This document shows, piece by piece, positions 55,863 through 64,000 of a stretch of DNA of 64,000 nt. The DNA is from Minisyncoccota bacterium (GTDB lineage Bacteria; Patescibacteriota; Minisyncoccia; UBA6257; HR35): positions 10,836 to 74,835 of the forward strand of contig JAVVGJ010000002.1 in the NCBI GenBank assembly GCA_032249155.1, in the 5' to 3' direction. How positions within the stretch are numbered: the first letter of the stretch is position 1; each line of letters starts with the position of its first letter. Under the pieces are notes generated by a model. It did no database searches, was not told the DNA's origin, and was given only the letters and a program-made list of their open reading frames with translations. Made by a program: the position numbers and the translations under genes.

Positions 55863-56415
55863 TTTCTATTTTAACAATTTCTAAAAGTTTTTCTACTAAA
55901 ATTTTTGGATCTTTTTCCCAAACTATCTTACCAGGACCTCTTTTTGCTTTTTCAACAATCTCCATAAAATATTCTTCTGTTCCTCCAGAACCAACCAAAA
56001 CCCCCATTGGTTTTTCTTCTTCAAAAGCAATTGTAAATTCATTAAGAGTACCTATTCTTCCACAAATAAAAATTACACCATCCCCCATTTTAGTTAATAA
56101 AAGATTTCTTCCGCTATAGCCTTCACCAGTATACAAAATAGTATGATGATAATCTGTGGGAAGTTTATAAACTTTAACATGTTCTTTATAACTTCTTGCT
56201 GGAGAAAGACCGATAACAATACCGCCATTTTCATAAGCTCCTTTTGCTGCCCACAAAGGAGTACCAGTGGTTGCTCCGGTAAGCATTACTAACTTATGAA
56301 GAGCAATTTCTTTACCAACTTCATAAGCTAATTCATGGACATTTTCTCTACATGGTTTAGTAACTGCTGCTCCAGAAATAACTATTTTTATATTAGAAAA
56401 AAATGGCTCAATCAT
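55846..56415 (-). CDS. LOG/TIGR00725 family Rossmann-fold protein
   Basis: 189 aa. A glycine-rich nucleotide-binding region and CGRIGTLNEF (cf. LOG PGGxGTxEE) are present. Confidence 0.45.
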   Translation of the reverse strand: MIEPFFSNIKIVISGAAVTKPCRENVHELAYEVGKEIALHKLVMLTGATTGTPLWAAKGAYENGGIVIGLSPARSYKEHVKVYKLPTDYHHTILYTGEGYSGRNLLLTKMGDGVIFICGRIGTLNEFTIAFEEEKPMGVLVGSGGTEEYFMEIVEKAKRGPGKIVWEKDPKILVEKLLEIVKIEIEEKM

Positions 56416-56588
56416 TTATGTGTTTTAGCATATTTTAAGACTAATTTATCTTCTTTTACTTTTTTCTTCTTTCTTAAAATTTCTAAAACGCTTTTTTTAA
56501 CAAAGTTATGTCCAATACCGGCAATCTTTCTAATAATTTTCCCTTTCTTAGTAATTTTAAATCTTTTTAAAAATGTTTTGCGATTCAT
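56412..56588 (-). CDS. rpmI: 50S ribosomal protein L35 (not in the ORF track, under 60 aa)
   Basis: Hand translation from the ATG at 56586-56588 (minus) gives MNRKTFLKRFKITKKGKIIRKIAGIGHNFVKKSVLEILRKKKKVKEDKLVLKYAKTHK* (58 aa). It shows an L35-like KRFK.T..GK...R.....H...KKS pattern. It sits immediately downstream of infC, as in the infC-rpmI operon, and its stop overlaps the next start. Confidence 0.7.
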   Translation of the reverse strand: MNRKTFLKRFKITKKGKIIRKIAGIGHNFVKKSVLEILRKKKKVKEDKLVLKYAKTHK

Positions 56589-57097
56589 TTTTGTCTTGAA
56601 ATGATAATAACAAGTAAATTAGAAAATTTTTTAAGAGGCGAAGCGACCTTATATTTTTCCTTAAGAAGACCTAAAAATTCTTCTAATTTTTTCTCAGCTA
56701 AATCAACAAAAAGTCTTTCTCTTGATTTCAAAATCATTTTAATTTGAACCTGGTGTCCTTCTCTTAAAAATTCGTCTATTTGGTTTGCTTTTCTTTGAAG
56801 ATCGTGAAGAGCTTCATTAAACCCTATTCTTATTTCTTTAGTCTCTTTAGGCTTTTTTTTAATTTCTTTCTCTTTCTTTTTCTTTTTATAATACCATTCT
56901 TTATAATCACCAAGTCTTACTACAGGAGGCGAAGCGTTCGGGCTTACTAAAATTAAGTCCTCATTTCTTTCTTCAGAAATCTTTTTAGCTTCTTCAAAAG
57001 AAAAAATACCCATCTGTCTGCCATCACTTCCTATGAGTCTCACTTCTTTTGGATTTATTTTTAAAAGCTCAGGATCTATCAGTTTTTTTAAGAAAAT
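56585..57097 (-). CDS. infC: Translation initiation factor IF-3, probably with a non-AUG (AUU/AUA/CUG) start
   Basis: The annotated ORF starts at GTG 57041-57043 (MRLIGSDGRQMG...). In-frame upstream sequence with no intervening stop reads FFIFLKKLIDPELLKINPKE-VRLIG, which matches the IF-3 N-terminus (INxEIRAxEVRLI). There is no in-frame ATG. Candidate starts are ATT 57095-57097, ATA 57077-57079, and CTG 57080-57082. The C-domain is conserved. Confidence 0.7.
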   Translation of the reverse strand: MFLKKLIDPELLKINPKEVRLIGSDGRQMGIFSFEEAKKISEERNEDLILVSPNASPPVVRLGDYKEWYYKKKKKEKEIKKKPKETKEIRIGFNEALHDLQRKANQIDEFLREGHQVQIKMILKSRERLFVDLAEKKLEEFLGLLKEKYKVASPLKKFSNLLVIIISRQK

Positions 57098-57137
57098 AAA
57101 AAATTAAGACTTCCTATATTTTATTATACGATGCTTC

Positions 57138-58184
57138 TTGATAAAATTATACTATATGTATATACTCGGCGTTGAATCAACTTGCGACGAAAGTGGCATT
57201 GCTTTGATTGAAGCTGAAAAAGAAAGAGTGAAGGTTTTAGCTAATGAGTTAAGAAGTCAAATAAAAATTCATACTCCTTATGGAGGCGTTGTACCTATTT
57301 TAGCTGCAAGGGAACATAAAAAAAATTTACCTTATCTTTTAAAAATTATTGAAAAAAAATTTGATCTTAAAAAAGTTGACTATTTAGCTTTTTCCGTAGG
57401 CCCTGGACTTTTACCTGCTTTGGTTGAAGGTAAAGAATTTGTTTTTAATTTAGCTAAAAAACTTAACAAAAAAATAATTCCTGTAGATCATCTTTATGCT
57501 CATTTTGCTTCTGTTTTGATTAAAAATAAATTTAATGTTTGGCAAAAAATAAGAAAAATAAATTTTCCTATTTTAGTCTTAGTCGTTTCTGGAGGACATA
57601 CTAATCTTTATCTTTTTGAAAGTTTTACTAAATTCAAAAAATTAGGACAAACTCTTGACGATGCTGCTGGTGAAACTTTGGATAAAGGTGCTAGAGCTTT
57701 AAACTTAGGTTATCCTGGTGGTCCTATCATTGAAGAAAAAGCAAAAAAAGCAAAAAACATCTATCTTTTACCAAAACCTCTTTTAGAAAAAGGTCTTAAT
57801 TTCAGTTTTTCAGGCCTTAAAACAGCTTTTAATGAACTTATCAAAGAAATAAAAGAAGCTAGTGGCAGTTTAAGCGAAGAAGAGATTTGCAATCTTTCTG
57901 CTTCTCTTCAAAAAACTATTTTTGAAATCCTTATCTATAAGTTAAATAAAGCAAAACAAATTTATAGACCTAAAGAAATTATTATTACCGGCGGAGTTTC
58001 TGCTAATATGACTTTAAGAAAAATGGCAAAAAAATTCTTTAGAAATATAAGAGTTATTTTCCCAGAAAGATTACTTTCTACAGATAATGGTCTTAATATT
58101 GCTATAGGAGGTTATATTCTTTTAAAAGAAAAATCTTTATACCTAGATCCAGAAAAAATCGAAGTTTATCCAAGAAGAGTTTAA
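57138..58184 (+). CDS. tsaD: tRNA N6-adenosine threonylcarbamoyltransferase TsaD (Kae1/Gcp)
   Basis: 348 aa. It has ILGVESTCDESGIAL and the metal-binding H..H motifs of the Kae1/TsaD family. The true start is probably MYILGV at about 57156. Confidence 0.85.
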   Translation: MIKLYYMYILGVESTCDESGIALIEAEKERVKVLANELRSQIKIHTPYGGVVPILAAREHKKNLPYLLKIIEKKFDLKKVDYLAFSVGPGLLPALVEGKEFVFNLAKKLNKKIIPVDHLYAHFASVLIKNKFNVWQKIRKINFPILVLVVSGGHTNLYLFESFTKFKKLGQTLDDAAGETLDKGARALNLGYPGGPIIEEKAKKAKNIYLLPKPLLEKGLNFSFSGLKTAFNELIKEIKEASGSLSEEEICNLSASLQKTIFEILIYKLNKAKQIYRPKEIIITGGVSANMTLRKMAKKFFRNIRVIFPERLLSTDNGLNIAIGGYILLKEKSLYLDPEKIEVYPRRV

Positions 58185-58232
58185 TGTTAAAATATTAATT
58201 GAAAGTCGCCCTTTATCTATTTTTATATTAAA

Positions 58233-58604
58233 ATGAGACTTAAGAAATTTGACGTTATTTTAAAATCTTTTCTAAAATTAAATCCCAAAAGAATTTTTAT
58301 TTATCTTATAAATAGAAGGGGCAGCGAGTATTTGGTTTTTGAAAATAATAATACTTTTTCTTTTGTAGGCGGTTTATGGAGAAAAAATGAAAGCTTGATC
58401 GAATCTTTAAGAAAAATAGCTTTAATTAACCATTCTCTTTTTGTTAAGAAAATAAATGATGTTGAAAAGGTTAAATTTTCAAACGGAGATCTTTATTTGT
58501 TTTTAAGAGGAGAAATTGATGAAAAAACTTTAGACAAAAAATTAATCTATAAAAATATTGATAATGAGAATGTAAGCGAAGAAATAAAAATATTTTTAAG
58601 TTAA
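58233..58604 (+). CDS. Hypothetical protein
   Basis: 123 aa. No recognisable motif. Confidence 0.3.
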   Translation: MRLKKFDVILKSFLKLNPKRIFIYLINRRGSEYLVFENNNTFSFVGGLWRKNESLIESLRKIALINHSLFVKKINDVEKVKFSNGDLYLFLRGEIDEKTLDKKLIYKNIDNENVSEEIKIFLS

Positions 58605-58933
58605 AATTTTTCAGCGCATTTTCTGCAATAAATAGTAGCGGGATCAAGAAGAATTCTCCCTTCTTCTATAACTCCTCCACATCTTTCGCATTTTCCGTAA
58701 GTACCTTCATTAATCTTAGTTAAAGCTCTTTCTAAAACCTCCAATCTTTTTTCTAAAGCTTCAATTTGAAGATGTAAATCTTCTCTAGCTTCATACTTGT
58801 TGGCTAAATCACTTGTTTCATAAACATCTTCTTTTAAAACTCCTTCTTCTTCCTTTTTAAGAGTTTCTAACATAAGCAAAACTTCTTCTTTTTCTTTAAG
58901 CAATTTGTTTTTTATTTCCTCTAAATTTATCAT
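58601..58933 (-). CDS. DksA/TraR-family C4 zinc-finger protein
   Basis: 110 aa with a coiled-coil N-terminus plus CERCGGVIEEGRILLDPATIYCRKCAEK C4 finger. Confidence 0.65.
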   Translation of the reverse strand: MINLEEIKNKLLKEKEEVLLMLETLKKEEEGVLKEDVYETSDLANKYEAREDLHLQIEALEKRLEVLERALTKINEGTYGKCERCGGVIEEGRILLDPATIYCRKCAEKF

Positions 58934-60150
58934 TTAAGATAACTGAAAAAAGAAATTAGTTTTTCTAAACCTTTTTCTGAATTTCCATAAATTACATATT
59001 TATTATATACTAACCAAAGAAAAGAATAATTATTTTCCAAGGGGAGCTCTCTATATTCAATATTGCCTATTTTTTTAGAAATAAATCCTTTACTTAAACT
59101 TTTTGTTGGGGTAAATTCTGGATAAAAATTTACTAAATTTTTTAAATTGAAGTTTTTTTCCCAAGAAAGATTTAGTTTTTTAGCTTCATCGGGGTTTTTT
59201 GTTTCTAAAATAATATAAAAATTTTTTCTTGAAAAGGAATGGTAAAGAAGGAGATTATAATTTGGTCCTAAAATATTTTCGTATCCTTTAAGGTCATTTT
59301 TGAAAAAGTAATTTAAAACAAAATTGGCTGGAAGATAAAGATTTTCTTTTTTAATTTCTAAAATATAAAAAATGTCTGGATTTTCATATTTATTTAAAAT
59401 TTCTTTCAACTTTGAAGATAATTCATTTTCAGATAAAGATGATAAAACAATTTCTTTTTTAGGGAAAAAGATAACTCTAAAAACTGATTCTGAAGTTTCC
59501 AAACTAACTTTTGTTTCTTCTTGAGGTTCTTTTATAGGTTGAAGAGGTTCTTCTTTTATTTCTTCTATTATTTCTTTTTTTTTCATTCCTTCAACTTTTT
59601 CTTCTGTTTCTTCTTTTACTTCTGGTAAAATTATCGGTTCTTCTTTCACTTCTTCTTTAGCTACTTCTTTTGGTTTTGAAAATCTTTCTAAAAGGATTTT
59701 ATAAGGTTTGAAATAGAAAAAAGAAAAAATTAAAGAAATGGAAAATAAAAGTATTAAAGAGTACTTAAGATAAGGTAAAATGTTAAAATGCTTTGAGGGC
59801 GCTTCTTGAGTTTCTAAATCTTCAGGTTTAACCTTAGGTTTCAAATAAAATTCTTTAGGAGGTTCTACTTCTTGTCTAAAAGCAAAACTTTCTAAAGGAA
59901 TTTCTTTCTTTTCTTCTTTTATTTCCAAAACACCAAATTTTTCTTGTGGCGTTTCAATTTTCATTCTACCAGCTTTAACCTTTATTTCTTCCTTTTTTTC
60001 TTCAAAAGACGGCTCAATAACTCTTTCTTCTTGCAAAACCTTTTCTTCTTTTTCTTTCTTTTCTCTTACTTCCAAAGAACCTTCTTCTGAAAGTAAACTT
60101 TCTGGAGAGATAAAAGTATATTTAAATTCTTTTTCGTTATTTTCTGACAT
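58930..60150 (-). CDS. Hypothetical Glu/Lys-rich protein with single central TM helix
   Basis: 406 aa with a highly charged E/K-rich N-terminal half, a TM helix (LKYSLILLFSISLIFSFFYF), and a C-terminal globular region. It is embedded in the rpsO-pnp operon by overlapping starts and stops. Confidence 0.4.
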   Translation of the reverse strand: MSENNEKEFKYTFISPESLLSEEGSLEVREKKEKEEKVLQEERVIEPSFEEKKEEIKVKAGRMKIETPQEKFGVLEIKEEKKEIPLESFAFRQEVEPPKEFYLKPKVKPEDLETQEAPSKHFNILPYLKYSLILLFSISLIFSFFYFKPYKILLERFSKPKEVAKEEVKEEPIILPEVKEETEEKVEGMKKKEIIEEIKEEPLQPIKEPQEETKVSLETSESVFRVIFFPKKEIVLSSLSENELSSKLKEILNKYENPDIFYILEIKKENLYLPANFVLNYFFKNDLKGYENILGPNYNLLLYHSFSRKNFYIILETKNPDEAKKLNLSWEKNFNLKNLVNFYPEFTPTKSLSKGFISKKIGNIEYRELPLENNYSFLWLVYNKYVIYGNSEKGLEKLISFFSYLK

Positions 60151-62197
60151 CTTTTAAAGAGACGTAAATCTTACCATCTTCGCTAATATTTTTTATTTTG
60201 ACTAAAAGCTCATCTCCTATTTTAACTTCTTCTTCAATTTTTTCTATTTTCCTATCAGCAATTTCGGAAATATGTAAAAGAGCGGTTCTATTAGGAGCTA
60301 GTTCTAAAACAGCACCAAAAGGAAGTATTTTAATTACTTTTCCTTTAACTATCTCTCCTAAATTAAAAGCATCAGCAATGCTTTTTATCCAATTTTTAGC
60401 TAATTCAAAATTTGAGTTTTTATCACCTATAATATAAATCGTTCCATCAGGATGAATATCAATTTTAACGTTAGTAGCAGCAATAATTTCATTAATTGTT
60501 CTTCCTCCAGTTCCTATAATAAGACCAATTTTTAAAGGATCAATTTTTATAATTTCTATTTTTGGAGCATAAAGACTAATTTCTTTTGGTTTTTCAATGA
60601 TGCCTTTCATAAAATTCAAAAGATAGATCCTTGCTTCTTTAGCTCTTTCTAAGGACTCTTTAATTTGCTTCAAATTCAGTCCTTCAATTTTAACGTCAAG
60701 TTGAATAGCAGTAAGTCCTTTTTCTGTTCCAGCAATTTTAAAATCCATAGCACCAAAAAAATCTTCTGGGCCCTGAATATCAGTTAAAAGTTCATAGTTT
60801 TCATCAGATTCATAAGCCATACCAATACTTATTCCAGCAGCATGTGTTTTTATAGGCACGCCAGCTGACATAAGCGCTAAAGAACTTGCACATACAGATC
60901 CCATTGAAGTTGAACCATTTGATGATAAAACTTCAGAAACCACTCTAATGGTATAAGGAAAAGTTTCTTGAGGAGGAACCAAACTTCTTAAAGCTTTTTC
61001 AGCTAATTCCCCATGGCCAATTTCTCTTCTTGAAGGTTTTTTGCTTGATCCAATTTCTCCTGTAGAAAAAGGAGGAAAATTATAATGATGAATAAATCTT
61101 TTTGTGCCTTCAAATTCTATATCCCTTAACCAAAGTTCCTCTCCTGGTTCTGCTAAAGTTACTACAGACAAAATATGAGTTAAACCTCTCATAAAAATTG
61201 CTGAACCATGAGTTCGAGGCAGGACATCTATTTCTGCAAAAATAGGTCTTATATCTTTTAAACCCCTTCCGTCTGGTCTTTTTTTAGTTTCTAAAACTCT
61301 TTTTTGAAAGATTTTTTTATATCTTCTATTTAAACTATTTAAAACATAAGGTTTTAAATCTCCAAGGCTTTCATCTTGATTAATTAAATCAAAAACTTCT
61401 TGCCATGGTCTGTCTCCTTCTTCTAGACTAAAAAGTTTTTTTTCTAAATCAATTGCATTTTTTTCTAAAAACTCATCGAGTTTTTTATCCCCTTGCTGAA
61501 AAAGTTCTTCTTCAATTTTAACTTCTTCTTTTCGAAGCGGCTCTATACTTTTCATAAACTTTACTAAACTTTTTATCTCTTCAAAACCTATTTCTAAAGC
61601 TTTTAAAAATAAATCTTCATCAATTTCTTTTCCTTCAAATTCAATCATATTAATCTTTTCTTCTGTTCCTGAAAAAACAAGTTTCATTTCAGCATCATCA
61701 ACATTTTGATTAATAAAAAAATTGCCATCTTTAAAATAAACCTGAACCGCTCCAAGAGGTGAAATTATAGGAATACTAGAAAGATGAAGAGCAAAAGAAC
61801 TGCTTAGAAGAGATAAAAATCCTGGATCAATAGAAAAATCATAAGAAAGAACAAGATTAACAATATGAACTTCTTTTCTAAAAATAGGTGGAAAAAGAGG
61901 TCTTATACTTCTATCAACTAAGCGGGCATTCAAAATAGCATTAAGAGAAGGTGCTCCTTCTCTTCTAACAAATCTGCTTCCATAAATTTTTCCAACAGCA
62001 TAAAATTTTTCTTCATAATCAACAGTAAGAGGCAGAAAATCTAAATTAGGTATTTCTGAACCAAAATTTAATGTCGTAAAAATTCTTGAATCTTTAAATT
62101 TTGTTAAAACAGAAATAAAAGACCTTTGAGCCCAATCATTAATTTCAAATTCTAATTTGTATCCGTGTTTTTCACTTTGATAAATAAAATTTTTCAT
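60137..62197 (-). CDS. pnp: Polyribonucleotide nucleotidyltransferase (PNPase)
   Basis: 686 aa with two RNase PH domains, a KH domain, and a C-terminal S1 domain (GEIVKGKVIKILPFGAVLEL). Confidence 0.9.
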   Translation of the reverse strand: MKNFIYQSEKHGYKLEFEINDWAQRSFISVLTKFKDSRIFTTLNFGSEIPNLDFLPLTVDYEEKFYAVGKIYGSRFVRREGAPSLNAILNARLVDRSIRPLFPPIFRKEVHIVNLVLSYDFSIDPGFLSLLSSSFALHLSSIPIISPLGAVQVYFKDGNFFINQNVDDAEMKLVFSGTEEKINMIEFEGKEIDEDLFLKALEIGFEEIKSLVKFMKSIEPLRKEEVKIEEELFQQGDKKLDEFLEKNAIDLEKKLFSLEEGDRPWQEVFDLINQDESLGDLKPYVLNSLNRRYKKIFQKRVLETKKRPDGRGLKDIRPIFAEIDVLPRTHGSAIFMRGLTHILSVVTLAEPGEELWLRDIEFEGTKRFIHHYNFPPFSTGEIGSSKKPSRREIGHGELAEKALRSLVPPQETFPYTIRVVSEVLSSNGSTSMGSVCASSLALMSAGVPIKTHAAGISIGMAYESDENYELLTDIQGPEDFFGAMDFKIAGTEKGLTAIQLDVKIEGLNLKQIKESLERAKEARIYLLNFMKGIIEKPKEISLYAPKIEIIKIDPLKIGLIIGTGGRTINEIIAATNVKIDIHPDGTIYIIGDKNSNFELAKNWIKSIADAFNLGEIVKGKVIKILPFGAVLELAPNRTALLHISEIADRKIEKIEEEVKIGDELLVKIKNISEDGKIYVSLKDVRK

Positions 62198-62700
62198 GAT
62201 ATTAAAATTATACGGGAAAACTCGTTAAGATCGTAATAAAAATCAGCTGTTTCCTTAAGTTTTACAGAAGTTGTTTGGTTAAAACCAGCGATTTCTACTT
62301 GTTTACCATGATTTTGAAGATATTCAACTAATGGTAAAAAATCTCCATCCCCAGTAACTAAAATAATAACATCTACCAAAGAAGAAAATTTTATGGCATC
62401 AACAGCAATACCTATATCCCAATTAGCTTTTCTCGTACCATCTGGATAGGTCTGCATTTCCTTAATTCTTAGTTGAATGCCTTGATTTATCAAAGCTTCA
62501 AAAAAGTCTATTTCCTTTGGTGTAAAATCAGATTTAACTACATAAGCAAAAACTTTAACTAATTTTCTTTCACCAACTAAAAGAGAAATTAATTTACCAA
62601 AATCAACTTTTTTACCGTAGAGATTTTTAGCCGAATGATAAATATTTTGGGTATCTATAAAAATGTTAACACGCTGATCAGAGGTAGCGAAAGGATTCAT
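62194..62700 (-). CDS. NYN-domain (LabA/DUF88-like, PIN-related) predicted ribonuclease
   Basis: 168 aa. VNIFIDTQNIYHS...DVIILVTGDGDFLPLVEYLQNHGKQVEI matches the NYN acidic-residue pattern. It overlaps both the rpsO stop and the pnp start by 4 nt. Confidence 0.65.
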   Translation of the reverse strand: MNPFATSDQRVNIFIDTQNIYHSAKNLYGKKVDFGKLISLLVGERKLVKVFAYVVKSDFTPKEIDFFEALINQGIQLRIKEMQTYPDGTRKANWDIGIAVDAIKFSSLVDVIILVTGDGDFLPLVEYLQNHGKQVEIAGFNQTTSVKLKETADFYYDLNEFSRIILIS

Positions 62701-62960
62701 AAGTTAAGTTCTTTAACTAATCTTTTATATCTTTCAAAAGAAATTCTTTTTAAGTATTTTAAAAGCTTTCTTCTTTTAGCCACTTTTAAAATAAGTCCTC
62801 TTTTAGAATTTTTATCTTGTTTATGTTTTCTCAAATGTTCTGCCAAATTTAAAATCTCTTCTGTCAAAATAGCAATCTGAACTTCAGGAGAACCCGTATC
62901 GCTGTTGTTCTTACCGTATTTTTTAATTATTTCTTTTATCTTTTCTTTTAAATCTGCCAT
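62697..62960 (-). CDS. rpsO: 30S ribosomal protein S15
   Basis: 87 aa. GSPEVQIAILTEEILNLAEHLRKHKQDKNSKRGLILKVAKRRKLLKYLKRISFERYKRLVKELNL aligns to S15. Confidence 0.9.
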   Translation of the reverse strand: MADLKEKIKEIIKKYGKNNSDTGSPEVQIAILTEEILNLAEHLRKHKQDKNSKRGLILKVAKRRKLLKYLKRISFERYKRLVKELNL

Positions 62961-62984
62961 CGTTTATAATAATTTTAGCATAAA

Positions 62985-63905
62985 ATGGAGATAAAACAAA
63001 TAGAAGAGCTTTTAGAAAGATTTGAAAACTATTTAAGAATAGAGAAAAATAAAAGTCAAGGTACTATTAAAAATTATCTTTTAAGATTAAAAAAGCTATT
63101 TAAATGGCTTAAAGAAAACGGTTTTCAAAATTTAGATGAAGAAGCTATTTTTAAATTTCGTGCTTATTTAGATAAAAAGAAAATTTCTATAAAAACGCAG
63201 TCTTATTATTTGATTTCTTTGAGAAGTTTTTTAAGATTTTTGAAAAAGAAAGGTTTTGAGGTTTTGGATCCGGAAAAAATCGAGCTTCCTAAAATTCCTG
63301 AAAGAGAAATAAACATTTTATCAGATGAAGAACTTGAAAAACTTTTAAATGCTCCTCAAGGAGAAAGTCTTAAATCTTTAAGAGACAAAGCTATTTTAGA
63401 AACACTTTTTTCTACAGGAATGAGAATTTCTGAGCTTTGTTCTTTAAATAGGGATATTGACATAGAAAAAGGAGAAATAAAAATTAGAGGTAAAGGAGGT
63501 AAAATAAGAATAGTTTTTCTCTCTCCATTAGCAAAGCTTTATTTAAAAAAATATTTAGAAAAAAGAAAAGATCAAAATCCAGCTTTATTTGTAAATCTTA
63601 GTAAGAATAAAAAATTTGAAAGGATAACACCTCGGGGGGTTCAAAAATTAATTAAACACTACGCTAAAAAAGCAGGTATTTTAAAAAAGGTTACTCCTCA
63701 TACTTTAAGACATCAATTTGCTACCGATCTTTTGATTTCTGGAGCTGATTTAAGAGCTATTCAAATGCTTTTAGGTCATAAAAATATTCAAACCACTCAA
63801 GTTTATACTCACCTCACAAACCGAGAACTTAAAGAAATTCATCAAGCTTTCCATGGTCGAAGAAGAAGATTAAAAAATAAAAATAATGAAAATAAAGTTT
63901 TATAA
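62985..63905 (+). CDS. xerD: Tyrosine recombinase XerC/XerD family
   Basis: 306 aa. It has the catalytic R...H-x-x-R...Y motif ([30 protein letters not shown]) and an N-terminal SAM-like core-binding domain. Confidence 0.8.
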   Translation: MEIKQIEELLERFENYLRIEKNKSQGTIKNYLLRLKKLFKWLKENGFQNLDEEAIFKFRAYLDKKKISIKTQSYYLISLRSFLRFLKKKGFEVLDPEKIELPKIPEREINILSDEELEKLLNAPQGESLKSLRDKAILETLFSTGMRISELCSLNRDIDIEKGEIKIRGKGGKIRIVFLSPLAKLYLKKYLEKRKDQNPALFVNLSKNKKFERITPRGVQKLIKHYAKKAGILKKVTPHTLRHQFATDLLISGADLRAIQMLLGHKNIQTTQVYTHLTNRELKEIHQAFHGRRRRLKNKNNENKVL

Positions 63906-64000
63906 CTCTTTAACAAAAGAAAAAGAAGATTTTAAACCTCTAAAAGATAAGCTTATAAGAATGTACGTTTGTGGTCCTACTGTTTATGGGCCAAGTCATT
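63886..64000 (+). CDS. cysS: Cysteinyl-tRNA synthetase, 5' fragment (continues beyond the window)
   Basis: [38 protein letters not shown] matches the CysRS N-terminus, including the HIGH-region lead-in. Its start overlaps the last 20 nt of xerD. Confidence 0.75.
   Translation, partial: MKIKFYNSLTKEKEDFKPLKDKLIRMYVCGPTVYGPSH

Noticed and set aside
1-64000. CRISPR arrays, rRNA genes, IS elements/transposases, integrons and prophage blocks.
   Set aside because: I saw no regularly spaced direct repeats, no 16S/23S/5S-like conserved segments, and no transposase or integrase motifs. xerD is a chromosomal-type tyrosine recombinase embedded between rpsO and cysS. I also saw no phage structural gene signatures.

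Overview
This is an AT-rich (roughly 30% GC), very gene-dense bacterial window with short, frequently overlapping genes, and its content looks like a small-genome Patescibacteria/CPR-like organism. Most of it is core information-processing. On the minus strand it has rpsL-rpsG-fusA, rpmJ-rpsM-rpsK-rpsD-rpoA-rplQ-rpsP, rpoB-rpoC, rpmA, rplS, rpsR, rpsO and infC-rpmI. It also has dnaE, rnhB, nusA, ksgA, tsaD, pnp, RNase J, rbfA, glyA, ppa, xerD, a cysS 5' fragment and four tRNAs (Leu-CAG, Leu-CAA, Gln-CTG, His-GTG with G-1). The window opens with a type IV pilus block (partial pilC, pilB, a pilin with a C-terminal disulfide loop) sitting next to a DsbA-like/glutaredoxin-like/thioredoxin-reductase trio. 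Further class-III-signal pilin-like genes are appended after fusA and placed before rpoB. There are two RNA-repair enzymes, LigT and RtcB. The accessory-looking content is as follows. (1) A tandem array of four secreted PKD/Cys-rich protein genes at 26.5-30.0 kb contains a 449-bp perfectly identical repeat. (2) An ATP-cone fused to a PD-(D/E)xK (Mrr-like) nuclease lies next to tRNA-His. (3) A NYN-domain RNase sits between rpsO and pnp in a five-gene, start/stop-overlapping operon. (4) Three coding sequences are frameshifted: a secreted protein at a T6C4 tract, cdd by an 8-bp tandem duplication, and a small basic ORF. (5) glyA carries an in-frame, GC-richer insertion holding a roughly 48-bp tandem repeat. 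(6) rpoA has no alpha-CTD. Two short ribosomal protein genes missing from the ORF track (rpmJ, rpmI) were found by eye, and infC appears to use a non-AUG start. No CRISPR array, rRNA or obvious IS element was seen.
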